A stretch of DNA of 64,000 nt from Singulisphaera sp. GP187. Its GTDB lineage: Bacteria; Planctomycetota; GCA-002687715. The stretch covers positions 55 to 64,054 of the forward strand of contig CAMDTN010000002.1 of assembly GCA_945907755.1 (NCBI GenBank), given 5' to 3'. Position numbers and translations under genes: made by a program. Below are positions 55,823 to 64,000 of the stretch, in pieces (position 1 is the stretch's first letter; each line of letters begins with the position of its first letter). Below the pieces are notes generated by a model that saw nothing but the letters and a program-made list of their open reading frames with translations, ran no database searches and was not told where the DNA came from.

Positions 55823-57403
55823 CTAAGGTCGCGCGTTCGGAAGTGCAACGGAAAACTGGGCGGGCACCGGTCTGGCTGCTCTCCGCGACTCAAGTGCCGT
55901 TCCCAGCACGACTTGCCAATAGCCGAAGAAGAACAAAGCGCAGAAAGGCAGTGAGGTCCACAGGCCCTCGCGGAGCGCATAGGCGAGCACCGCGGACGAA
56001 TAGAGTGCACCGAGCATTTCCGCCAGCAAGATCATCGACTTTGCACTGCTGTAGTGAACCCGACCGCCGCTGCTCTTCGGGGTGCGCACGAAAGCGCTGC
56101 GGTGCCCGCACATTGCTTCGATGACGGCGCGAGTCTGGTTCATGGCCAGACCTGTTCCGAGAGCAAGCAAGCCCGGAACCAAGGCGAGGTCGCTGGACCA
56201 CTTGCGCCCGCGCGTGTGCAGCGTGGCCAACAGGAACAGCACCACCGAGCCCGTCACCGCGAGAAACATGCCCACATCCACCCAGAAGCCCAGCCAGCCA
56301 TCGACAATGCGTGCGCGCAACATCAGCATGGGCAACATGAACACGAAGACCGGCACCGCCAGCAAGTAGCAGAGGTTGGCGGTCAAGTGGAAGAACGCTT
56401 CCTTGCGCACGAACCACGGCTGCTGCGCGCCCAGCACAGTGGGAAGCAACTTGCGCATCACCTGGATCGAGCCCTTGGCCCAGCGGTGCTGCTGCGTTTT
56501 GAAGGCCGCCATGCTTTCAGGCAGCTCCGACGGGCAAACCACATCGTCGCGATAGACAAAGCGCCAGCCCTTGAGCTGCGCACGGTAAGAGAGGTCTAAG
56601 TCTTCCGTGAGTGTTTCGTGGTGCCAGCCGCCCGCGTCGGCGATGGCTGCACGACGCCAGATGCCTGCAGTTCCGTTGAAGTTGAAGAATAGACCGCTGC
56701 GAGAGCGCGCAACATGCTCGACCCGGAAGTGCCCGTCCAACATGAGGGCCTGTAAACGCGTCAGCAGATTTTTGTGCTCATTCAAATGACCCCAGCGCGT
56801 TTGCACCACCGCGACGCGGTCATCCGTGAAGTGGTCCATAGTGCTGCGCAAGAAACTCGCTTGGGGCACGAAATCAGCATCGAAGATGGCTACGAACGGG
56901 TGCTTTGCCACGCGCAGGCCTGCTTCCAGTGCGCCCGCCTTGAAGCCAGTGCGGTCGGTGCGGTGCAGCAATTCCGCATCAATGCCTTGAGCCTTCAGTC
57001 GTGCCACGACCGCGCGGGCGATGGTCGTTGTCTCGTCGGTGCTGTCGTCCAGCACTTGAATCTGCAGACGGTCCCGCGGCCAGTCGATGGCGGCGGCGGC
57101 GAGGATCACTCGCTCGGCCACCGTGGCTTCATTGAACAGCGGCAACTGCACGGTGACGCCTGGAATCGCGGATGCTGCAAAGGCCTGCGGCGTAGCGGGC
57201 GCATTATTGCGCTGTCTCCACCAACGACGCACCAGCCCGAAACGGTGGCCGCCATAGAAAGACAACGCCAGCAACATCGTGGCGTAAACCGCAGCGAGAA
57301 TGCCCACCAGCCACGAAGCACCATCCGTGCCCAGCACGGCCTGCTGCAACAAGCTGTTTTCAAAGAGAAATGTCGGGTGTGGGATCAAAGTGAGTGGCTG
57401 CAC
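55823..57403 (-). CDS. Processive family-2 glycosyltransferase (cellulose-synthase/CslA-like, no PilZ domain)
   Basis: N- and C-terminal TM helices. DDSTDET and FDADF (DxD) motifs, TED, and QQHRWAKG (QxxRW) processivity motif. Confidence 0.75.
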   Translation of the reverse strand: MQPLTLIPHPTFLFENSLLQQAVLGTDGASWLVGILAAVYATMLLALSFYGGHRFGLVRRWWRQRNNAPATPQAFAASAIPGVTVQLPLFNEATVAERVILAAAAIDWPRDRLQIQVLDDSTDETTTIARAVVARLKAQGIDAELLHRTDRTGFKAGALEAGLRVAKHPFVAIFDADFVPQASFLRSTMDHFTDDRVAVVQTRWGHLNEHKNLLTRLQALMLDGHFRVEHVARSRSGLFFNFNGTAGIWRRAAIADAGGWHHETLTEDLDLSYRAQLKGWRFVYRDDVVCPSELPESMAAFKTQQHRWAKGSIQVMRKLLPTVLGAQQPWFVRKEAFFHLTANLCYLLAVPVFVFMLPMLMLRARIVDGWLGFWVDVGMFLAVTGSVVLFLLATLHTRGRKWSSDLALVPGLLALGTGLAMNQTRAVIEAMCGHRSAFVRTPKSSGGRVHYSSAKSMILLAEMLGALYSSAVLAYALREGLWTSLPFCALFFFGYWQVVLGTALESRRAARPVPAQFSVALPNARP

Positions 57404-57468
57404 CTTTGCCGCAGCGTGGTGGGATTATAGGGTGGTCTCGCCGCGGGCCAATCGCCCTTGGCGAAAGC

Positions 57469-58563
57469 ATGGCCGACTTTCACGAATTGCTTGCGAGCTA
57501 CGACTACCAATTGCCCCTAGAGCGCATCGCCCAAGAGCCGTGCGCACAACGCGATGGAGCGCGGCTTTTAGTGGCGCCGCCGCTGGAAAGGGCTTTCGAG
57601 GATAAGCGTGTCACCGATTTGCCGGATCTGCTGCGCAGCGGCGATTTGCTGGTGTTCAACGACACCCGCGTGCGGCCAGCGCGGCTTGAGGGCGTGCGCT
57701 GTGCCACCGGAGGCCGGGCCGAATTGCTGGTGCTGGAGTGCACTGCAACGACGCTGCGCGGTTTGCTGAAAACCCGGGGCACGCCTGCCGTCGGCGAGCG
57801 CTTCGAATTCGGTGCTGGTCGCGTGGTGCTCAGGCATGCACAAGACTTGGGCGATGGTTTGCTCGAGTTGCATCACGATGCTGGGGACGCATTCGCGGCC
57901 CTGCTCGAAGGCTGCGGGCGCATGCCGTTGCCGCCTTACATTCAGCGTCAACGCGGTTGTGATCCGCGCGACAGCATGGACCGCGAGCGTTATCAAACGG
58001 TGTATGCGCGTGAGGACGGGGCCGCTGCGGCGCCCACGGCGGGGCTGCACTTCACGCCAGCCTTGTTGCAGCATCTTTCCGCAGTGGGAGTGCAACACAC
58101 CTTCGTCACCCTGCATGTGGGCTTGGGCACCTTCAAGCCGGTGACAGCGGAAAACCTCGGCGAGCATGTGATGCACACAGAGGCCTACACCATCAGCGCA
58201 GCAGCGGCCGCAGCAGTGCGTGAGTGCCGCGCGCGCGGCGGGCGCGTCATTCCCGTTGGCACCACTGCCTTGCGCGCGCTGGAATCCGGCGCCGCATTGG
58301 TGGCAGCACGCTCGCAATCTGGCGAATTCGTATTCGAAGCCTGCAGCGGCGTGACGCGCCTTTTCTTGCGCCCGCCTTGCGCCTTCCGCTGCGCAGATCT
58401 GTTGTTCACAAATTTTCATGCGCCGCGCAGCACGCTCTTTGTTTTGGTGGCGGCCTGGTGCGGCCTCGAACGCATCCACGCTGCATACGCCCACGCGTTG
58501 GCGCAGCAATACCGCTTCCTCTCTTACGGCGACGCTTGCCTCCTCAGTCCTGCACGGATCTGA
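57469..58563 (+). CDS. queA: S-adenosylmethionine:tRNA ribosyltransferase-isomerase
   Basis: FDYQLPLERIAQEP, VFNDTRVRPARL, and PLPPYIQR motifs. Confidence 0.85.
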   Translation: MADFHELLASYDYQLPLERIAQEPCAQRDGARLLVAPPLERAFEDKRVTDLPDLLRSGDLLVFNDTRVRPARLEGVRCATGGRAELLVLECTATTLRGLLKTRGTPAVGERFEFGAGRVVLRHAQDLGDGLLELHHDAGDAFAALLEGCGRMPLPPYIQRQRGCDPRDSMDRERYQTVYAREDGAAAAPTAGLHFTPALLQHLSAVGVQHTFVTLHVGLGTFKPVTAENLGEHVMHTEAYTISAAAAAAVRECRARGGRVIPVGTTALRALESGAALVAARSQSGEFVFEACSGVTRLFLRPPCAFRCADLLFTNFHAPRSTLFVLVAAWCGLERIHAAYAHALAQQYRFLSYGDACLLSPARI

Positions 58564-58652
58564 GCTCGGTCGCCTAGGCGAAAACGCAGCGAACCCCGGC
58601 GGCTTGTGGCGCGTCGGGGTTCGTGAGGATCACGGAGTGATCAGTGTCGGAA

Positions 58653-60464
58653 TTACAGGTCGAGCTGTGCCGCGTTGGTGGCAAAGGGGTCTGCGATCAG
58701 CAGGCCGATGACAGGCACCAAGGGAGCGCTGGCGTAGTACACGCTCACCGTGGCGCCGATGTAGACGTTGCCGTTGGCGTTTTGCACTGCGAGGGAGTCA
58801 CAGTCAAAGGCGAATACATCGGTGGCTGCTTCGAAGCTGGTGAAATCGAATTGCAGGCCGGCGACGCCCGCACCCGCAACGCCGATGCCAGTATAGTTAC
58901 CGACGAGTCCGCAGGAGATGTCGGTTCCGAGGCGATAGCTCGTGCCCGCGGATAGGGTGCCGCCCGAGTTGAGCAAGCCCGTTGGCAAGAAGCCAGTGGC
59001 CGAGCCGCCGTTGGCAGCGCAAGTGGTGGCGTCAATGGTCACGCGCACGATGGGATCCAGACCGGTGTTCCAGATTTCCCAGAAGGTGGCCACCTGGATG
59101 GCGCCGTTGCCACGTGCTTCGATGTGGCAGTGAGCACCTGGGTTCACCACGGCTGGGTCTGAGTAGACAAAGGTGCCGCGGTTAGAGATGCCCAGATTCG
59201 AGGGGTAGCCCGGATCTGGTGCGATCCACTGCATGTCGATGGAATCGCCGTGCTGGAACAACCCACCAGGGATCGTGAATGCCGAGGGTGCGGTGACATT
59301 GTAGAGATGGGGAAGGGGCACGACGAGCATGGCTAAGCCGGGGATGATGCCCAAGCCCAACCCATCAGGCCAGATCACTGCCGCTGGATAACCCGGGATG
59401 CTCAAGCCGTGGCCCATTTCGAGTCCTGCGATGCCTGGCGTCATGTACGGAACCGCCATCGGCGCGGCGGGGCGTAGTGCGTTGGTGTAGGGGTTGGTTA
59501 CGGGGAGGCCCAGCGATGGCCCGTGGATGTTGATCAAGCAGGACGCGGGCACGCCGGTCATGACCGCCGAGGATGTGCCGTTCCAGTTGATGGTCGTGCC
59601 GCCGGTCATGATGCGCTGGCCAGTGCCGAGTGCATCAGCGTTGATGCCAACTGTGCAGATGTGCGGCTGCACCGCTCCGTCGCAGTCGAGGTAGACCTTG
59701 TCAGGAACGTTGCTGGCGCCGGAGGGGCCGTTTCCAGCCGCAGGCAGCAGCATGTCGGCAGCGATGTCCGCCGTCGTGCGCGGGAAGCTATAGATGCGGA
59801 TCTCATCCATGTTGAATTGCGGATCCACAGAGGATGACCCGTTGTAGCCGCAGATGGTGAAGTTAGTTCCGCTGTAGCTGAGGCCGGTCGCCAGGCCTGT
59901 TTGGGCAATTGCGGGGTCGCTCACACCGTTGATCACCCAACGAAGCGTGCTAGCGGTTGCCGGGACGGCAGGGGCGTACACTAAGGCCACATGCACCCAT
60001 GTGTTGGGCGCGGCGAATGGCAATCCAACAGTGATGGCCTGGTTGGGGACGCCGCGGATGATCATCTTGCTCACACCCGCAACACCGCCGATGAAGCAGC
60101 GGAAGGCACCGGAGCCCGTGGGGGAGACCATGGTGTTGTCACCCAGGATGTAGTCCGCATTGCCGGTGGTGGCAGTGGCACGATTGATCCAGAACTGGAT
60201 AGTGAAACCGGTGCTGCCACTATTCGTCGCCCAACCTGTGGGGATGTAGGCGGTGTTCGCCGGCGTGTTGGGGCGCAGCAGCGACCCTGTGCCGACTTTC
60301 ATCACGGCGCTATCCACCGAGATGAAATTGCCGAAGGTCTGGGTGAACGGGTTGATGACACCCGAAGCCTGATTGAAAAGCGTGATCTGGGCTGTGCTCG
60401 CAGATGCGATCAGCGCCAGCGCACACGAGAGCATAATGGCTTTACGCACGGTGGTGGACTCCAT
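58653..60464 (-). CDS. Secreted protein with LamG/concanavalin-A-like lectin domain, hypothetical
   Basis: Signal peptide MLSCALALIASASTAQ. FTIQFWINRATATTGNADYILGDNT...WVHVALVY...MDEIRIYSFPRT is a typical LamG-like jelly roll. Remainder G/T/A/N-rich like the 54023-55771 protein. Confidence 0.5.
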   Translation of the reverse strand: MESTTVRKAIMLSCALALIASASTAQITLFNQASGVINPFTQTFGNFISVDSAVMKVGTGSLLRPNTPANTAYIPTGWATNSGSTGFTIQFWINRATATTGNADYILGDNTMVSPTGSGAFRCFIGGVAGVSKMIIRGVPNQAITVGLPFAAPNTWVHVALVYAPAVPATASTLRWVINGVSDPAIAQTGLATGLSYSGTNFTICGYNGSSSVDPQFNMDEIRIYSFPRTTADIAADMLLPAAGNGPSGASNVPDKVYLDCDGAVQPHICTVGINADALGTGQRIMTGGTTINWNGTSSAVMTGVPASCLINIHGPSLGLPVTNPYTNALRPAAPMAVPYMTPGIAGLEMGHGLSIPGYPAAVIWPDGLGLGIIPGLAMLVVPLPHLYNVTAPSAFTIPGGLFQHGDSIDMQWIAPDPGYPSNLGISNRGTFVYSDPAVVNPGAHCHIEARGNGAIQVATFWEIWNTGLDPIVRVTIDATTCAANGGSATGFLPTGLLNSGGTLSAGTSYRLGTDISCGLVGNYTGIGVAGAGVAGLQFDFTSFEAATDVFAFDCDSLAVQNANGNVYIGATVSVYYASAPLVPVIGLLIADPFATNAAQLDL

Positions 60465-60624
60465 GTTTGGGGTATAGAGAAAACAAGAACGACATCACGA
60501 CCCTGCCAGCGCTACGAAGCAGAACCCACTTCGCTAGATGGCATGGCGACACCAGTGAAACTACTCCAACGGAGGTGCGCAGCGCAAGTGACCAGTAGTT
60601 CGCTTCGAGAGAATCTGTGTGCCG

Positions 60625-61305
60625 TCAAACCAAGGTTAGGGCCTGTAGGGTTTTACGGATCCCGTCGGTGTCGAGCGCACCGGCCTGCATGCCGCTGCGG
60701 TGAATCGCTGCAACCCCCGCAATGCTGGCCACTTGGACAGCGTTAGCGGCGCGGATGCCGCCGGCTGCCATAAGCCTTGGCCCCTGTTCCTTCAGAGCCA
60801 ATTGGCCGAGTGCTCGCAAGCCGTCCAGCCCCGCAAGTGCCGATGGCGCCCCTGCAGAAGTTAGGACGCGGGACACATTGAGCGCCGCGAGCTGGCGGTA
60901 GCCCGCTTCGAGGTCTGCGAGGCGGTCGAAGGCGCGATGAAACACGAACACGCATGGGCCAGCCGCAGCAACAAGACGCGCGGTTGCGCCTAAGTCGATC
61001 ATGCCAGCAGGCGACAAGACGCCGGCCACGATGGAGTCTGCGCCTAGGTCCCGCGCCATGCGCGCATCCTGTTCCAGCGCTTCAAGTGCTGCACCCTCGG
61101 CTTCAAACCCGTTGCGCGTCCGGCGCACAAGAACCGCCAAATGCCCGCTGAAATCGCGGCGCGTTTGGCGCAGCATCGCCGCCTCCGGGGTCAGCCCATC
61201 ACAGCCGAGGTCGGCGCACAGTTCCACCCGTTGGATCCCCAACTGTTCGAGGGCTGCACCGAAGGGCGCGTCGATGGCGATTTCCAATTCCACCTGCAGC
61301 GGCAT
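60625..61305 (-). CDS. cutC: Copper homeostasis protein CutC family
   Basis: VELCADLGCDGLTP, GADSIVAGVL, AAAGPCVFVFHRAFD and LMAAGGIRAANA match CutC TIM-barrel motifs. Confidence 0.7.
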   Translation of the reverse strand: MPLQVELEIAIDAPFGAALEQLGIQRVELCADLGCDGLTPEAAMLRQTRRDFSGHLAVLVRRTRNGFEAEGAALEALEQDARMARDLGADSIVAGVLSPAGMIDLGATARLVAAAGPCVFVFHRAFDRLADLEAGYRQLAALNVSRVLTSAGAPSALAGLDGLRALGQLALKEQGPRLMAAGGIRAANAVQVASIAGVAAIHRSGMQAGALDTDGIRKTLQALTLV

Positions 61306-61354
61306 GGCACCATGGTAGCGGTCCGGTGCGGCGCGTTGCGCCGCGGAAGGAGTC

Positions 61355-61774
61355 GTGTTGAGCAAGAGTTGCCTGTTGTGTCGTGATGCTGGCGGCACGG
61401 TGCTGCTGCGCACCGAAGCGTGGCGCATCGTGCTCGCGCTCGACGAACCGCTGTACCCGGGGCTGTGTCGCGTCATATGGAATGCGCATGTGCGCGAGCT
61501 GACAGACTTGGAGCCCACTGCCTGCACTGAGTTATTGCAAGCACTGGTGCGCACCGAACGCGCGCTGCGCCAGGTGCTCAAGCCTGTCAAAGTGAATCTC
61601 GCCAGCCTCGGCAATGTCACACCGCATCTGCACTGGCATGTGGTGCCGCGCCGCGAAGACGATGCGCATTTCCCCAACGCCATTTGGGGCCCAGAGCGGC
61701 GCAAGGCGATGCCGCCGCCACTCGCGGCCGAAACCATCGCCGCCTTGAAGACAGCACTGGAGCAGCGCACATGA
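61355..61774 (+). CDS. HIT-family (histidine triad) protein
   Basis: HIT motif HLHWHVVPR. CxxC near N-terminus. ATGA overlap with downstream ThuA gene. Confidence 0.75.
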   Translation: MLSKSCLLCRDAGGTVLLRTEAWRIVLALDEPLYPGLCRVIWNAHVRELTDLEPTACTELLQALVRTERALRQVLKPVKVNLASLGNVTPHLHWHVVPRREDDAHFPNAIWGPERRKAMPPPLAAETIAALKTALEQRT

Positions 61775-63069
61775 TTGAAGTTCAGCCTCTGCGGCAGCCT
61801 TGGCGTCAGCCCAATCCACTGTTGGCAGCATTCATCGCGGCTTGCATGCTCTGCGGCACAGCGGTATTGCAGGCGCTGTTGTCAGCGCCGTTGCCAGCGC
61901 AAGTAGCAGCGAGCGAAGCTCATGCGCCGCAGCAAGACACGGCACGGCCACAAGTTTTGTTCTTGACGCACTCTGCGGGCTTTGCGCATGAAGTGGTCAA
62001 GCGCCCTGCAACTGGATTAGCGATAGCGGAAACAGAGCTGAGCGCTTTCGCAGCACCAGCATTCCGTGTGCGCTGCACTCAAGATTGCAGCGAAGTCAAC
62101 GCAGCAGCGCTGCGCGATGTGCGCGTCGTGGTTTTTTACACCACGGGTGAATTGCCGATCAGCGAAGCGAATCGTGCGGCGTTGTTGGCCTTCGTGCGCG
62201 AGGGCGGCGGCTTCGTTGGCATTCACTGCGCCACGGACACTTTCTACGAGTGGAACGAATTCGGTCAGTTCATTGGCGGGCGCTTCGACGGGCATCCGTG
62301 GCACCAAGAAGTGGGTGTGTTAGTGGAGGACGCGGCGCATCCGGCCAACGCAGGCCTTGGCGCAGCGTTCCGCATTCATGACGAGATCTATCAGCATCGC
62401 GAACTCACACGCAGCAAGCTGAGTGTGTTGCTGCGGCTGGATCCGAAATCCGTCGACATCGCCCGCGGGCGTCATGCGGATGGCGAGCATCCACTGTCGT
62501 GGTGCAGTGCGTACGGAAAGGGCCGCGTGTTCTACACGGCGTTGGGCCACCGCCCGGAAGTGTGGAAGGACGAACGCTTCCGCCGGCATGTGCTGGAAGG
62601 TTTGCGTTGGGCGGCGGGCTTGGAGCAGCCGCAGCCGGCGCCGCCGAACGCAACGCAGTTGCTGATTGAAGCCGCTTTGTCCGGAGTGGCACTTCCCGGC
62701 GGCGGTGACGGCACCTTGCATCTTGAATTCGAAGCTCCTGATGCCGCAGCGCTGGGCCAAGTGCGCCTTGGTGCTGGCGCAACCATTCACTTGTCAGGCC
62801 GCGTGGATGCAGCGCCTCTTGCTGATTCGTGCGGCGCCATCGTTGGAGTGGCAGCGCCTTCGGTGTTGGCGCAGCGGGCTGGTTGGCAGACTTTAGATGT
62901 GGTGACGCGTCGCGATAGCGCGGGGCTGCGTCGCATCACCATTGCATTGAACGGCACGCCGGTGCACACCTATGTGGCGTTGCCGGCACCAGCACAGGAA
63001 ATGCGTTTGCAATGCAGCGGCACTTCGTTGCGCTTCCGCAACATCTGGTTCGTCGCGCGCACAACTTAG
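61771..63069 (+). CDS. ThuA-family (trehalose-utilisation/class-I glutamine-amidotransferase-like) domain protein with extra C-terminal beta domain
   Basis: VVFYTTGELP...FVREGGGFVGIHCATDTF...HPWHQE...RVFYTALGH is the ThuA signature. About 120-aa C-terminal extension ending NIWF. Confidence 0.6.
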   Translation: MIEVQPLRQPWRQPNPLLAAFIAACMLCGTAVLQALLSAPLPAQVAASEAHAPQQDTARPQVLFLTHSAGFAHEVVKRPATGLAIAETELSAFAAPAFRVRCTQDCSEVNAAALRDVRVVVFYTTGELPISEANRAALLAFVREGGGFVGIHCATDTFYEWNEFGQFIGGRFDGHPWHQEVGVLVEDAAHPANAGLGAAFRIHDEIYQHRELTRSKLSVLLRLDPKSVDIARGRHADGEHPLSWCSAYGKGRVFYTALGHRPEVWKDERFRRHVLEGLRWAAGLEQPQPAPPNATQLLIEAALSGVALPGGGDGTLHLEFEAPDAAALGQVRLGAGATIHLSGRVDAAPLADSCGAIVGVAAPSVLAQRAGWQTLDVVTRRDSAGLRRITIALNGTPVHTYVALPAPAQEMRLQCSGTSLRFRNIWFVARTT

Positions 63070-64000
63070 TCCGGAAGCTCGCGCGCTTCGCGGCAGCCGA
63101 AGGCCAACAAAATTCCGGCGGCGTACACAAGGCTCATCCATGCCCCCATGCGCCCGTAGTCTCCACCGAAGGCGCTCACCAAAGTGCCAGATAACACGGT
63201 GCCCAAAGCAGCCACGATGCGTCCCGCATTGAAAGCGAAACCTTGGCCTGTGGCGCGTAAGCGTGTGGGGAACAGTTCTGGCAGTGCGAGCGGTAACCAC
63301 CCGAAGAAACCCGCACTAAAAACGCCCGCTAGCACGCAGCGCAGCGCGAACATGTTGTTGAACTCTGCTGTGCCACGGAACAGCCATGCGCAACTGAGCA
63401 GCGAACCGACGGACAGAATGATGAAACTGATTCTGCGCCCGGCGCACTGCGCCAAGAACGGTGCACCGAAGCTGCCGATACAGAAGCCCACCGCGCACCA
63501 CAGATAAGCGAACGAGCGCGCACTGGCGCGTGTTGCAGCATCGCCGGGGGTGAATGCGTTCACCCACGACGGCACCCATTGCACCGAACACCACATGCCG
63601 ACGAGCGCCATGGTTCCCAAGGCCGTTGCGAACCAAGTGCTGCGGGCGAGCTGTGGCGAAAATATTTCGCGCACACGGGGGCGCGCTTCTCGGGCGGCAG
63701 ATTCCTGCCAGCGAGCCGACTCCGGCACATGCCGTCGGATGAAGAAAGTCATCAGCGCAGGCAGTGCGCCCACAAGGAACAACAAGCGCCAACCAGAATG
63801 GTCGGGCCCCATCATGAATGCCACTTGATCCGCTGGCAGCACTTGCGCCAAAAAGGAACTCGCTGCTGCGGAGGCATGCCCAAGCCACAGCCCCAACAAT
63901 GCAGTCAGCAGAATACCGAAATTGGCGGCAACTCCGATGGATGCGGCGAGCAGCGCCTCGCGCCCCTTCGGGAAAAGTTCGCGCACCAAGGCGACACCTA
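63066..64000 (-). CDS. MFS transporter (partial; N-terminus beyond window end)
   Basis: Six-plus TM helices with an MFS-like loop (FFIRRHVPESARWQ). ORF is open to the window edge. Confidence 0.5.
   Translation of the reverse strand, partial: GVALVRELFPKGREALLAASIGVAANFGILLTALLGLWLGHASAAASSFLAQVLPADQVAFMMGPDHSGWRLLFLVGALPALMTFFIRRHVPESARWQESAAREARPRVREIFSPQLARSTWFATALGTMALVGMWCSVQWVPSWVNAFTPGDAATRASARSFAYLWCAVGFCIGSFGAPFLAQCAGRRISFIILSVGSLLSCAWLFRGTAEFNNMFALRCVLAGVFSAGFFGWLPLALPELFPTRLRATGQGFAFNAGRIVAALGTVLSGTLVSAFGGDYGRMGAWMSLVYAAGILLAFGCREARELPD

Noticed and set aside
60465-60624. 160-nt intergenic region checked for tRNA/sRNA
   Set aside because: No cloverleaf-compatible acceptor/T-arm pairing recognisable by eye. 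Cannot be confirmed without a tRNA scanner.

Overview
This is a high-GC (about 65-70%) bacterial chromosomal segment, densely packed with mostly core/housekeeping genes, many on the minus strand and many translationally coupled by ATGA-type overlaps. The Mla/Mce system, lipoproteins and a flagellin indicate a Gram-negative organism.

Recognisable genes:
- groES-groEL, tpiA-secG, pyrE, yicC-gmk-rpoZ, coaC/coaB, dut, ftsK, rimO, pgsA-pgpA, priA, serB, folC, aroB, dprA, purF, thiE, ligA, queA, cutC.
- An Mla/Mce lipid-transport locus with an unusual arrangement (STAS-MlaE fusion, divergent operons, a FabZ-like gene).
- An orphan flagellin.
- A GT2 processive glycosyltransferase flanked by large secreted proteins.

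The left edge carries the end of an IS3-family (IS407-like) insertion sequence, next to a gingipain-like C25 peptidase gene.

The most unusual candidates are:
(i) An FtsK paralog that keeps the 4TM anchor and the KOPS-reading gamma domain but lacks the motor, sitting just downstream of the bona fide ftsK.
(ii) A tightly coupled MoxR AAA+ / Cys-rich degenerate-zincin (HExxH to HNxxH) / HEAT-VWA / CRTAC1 four-gene cluster.
(iii) DprA with a C-terminal extension that fully overlaps a convergent, ATGA-coupled pair of small membrane-protein genes.

No CRISPR array, rRNA or convincing tRNA was seen. All calls rest on reading the supplied six-frame translations and the nucleotide sequence directly; no database searches were possible.
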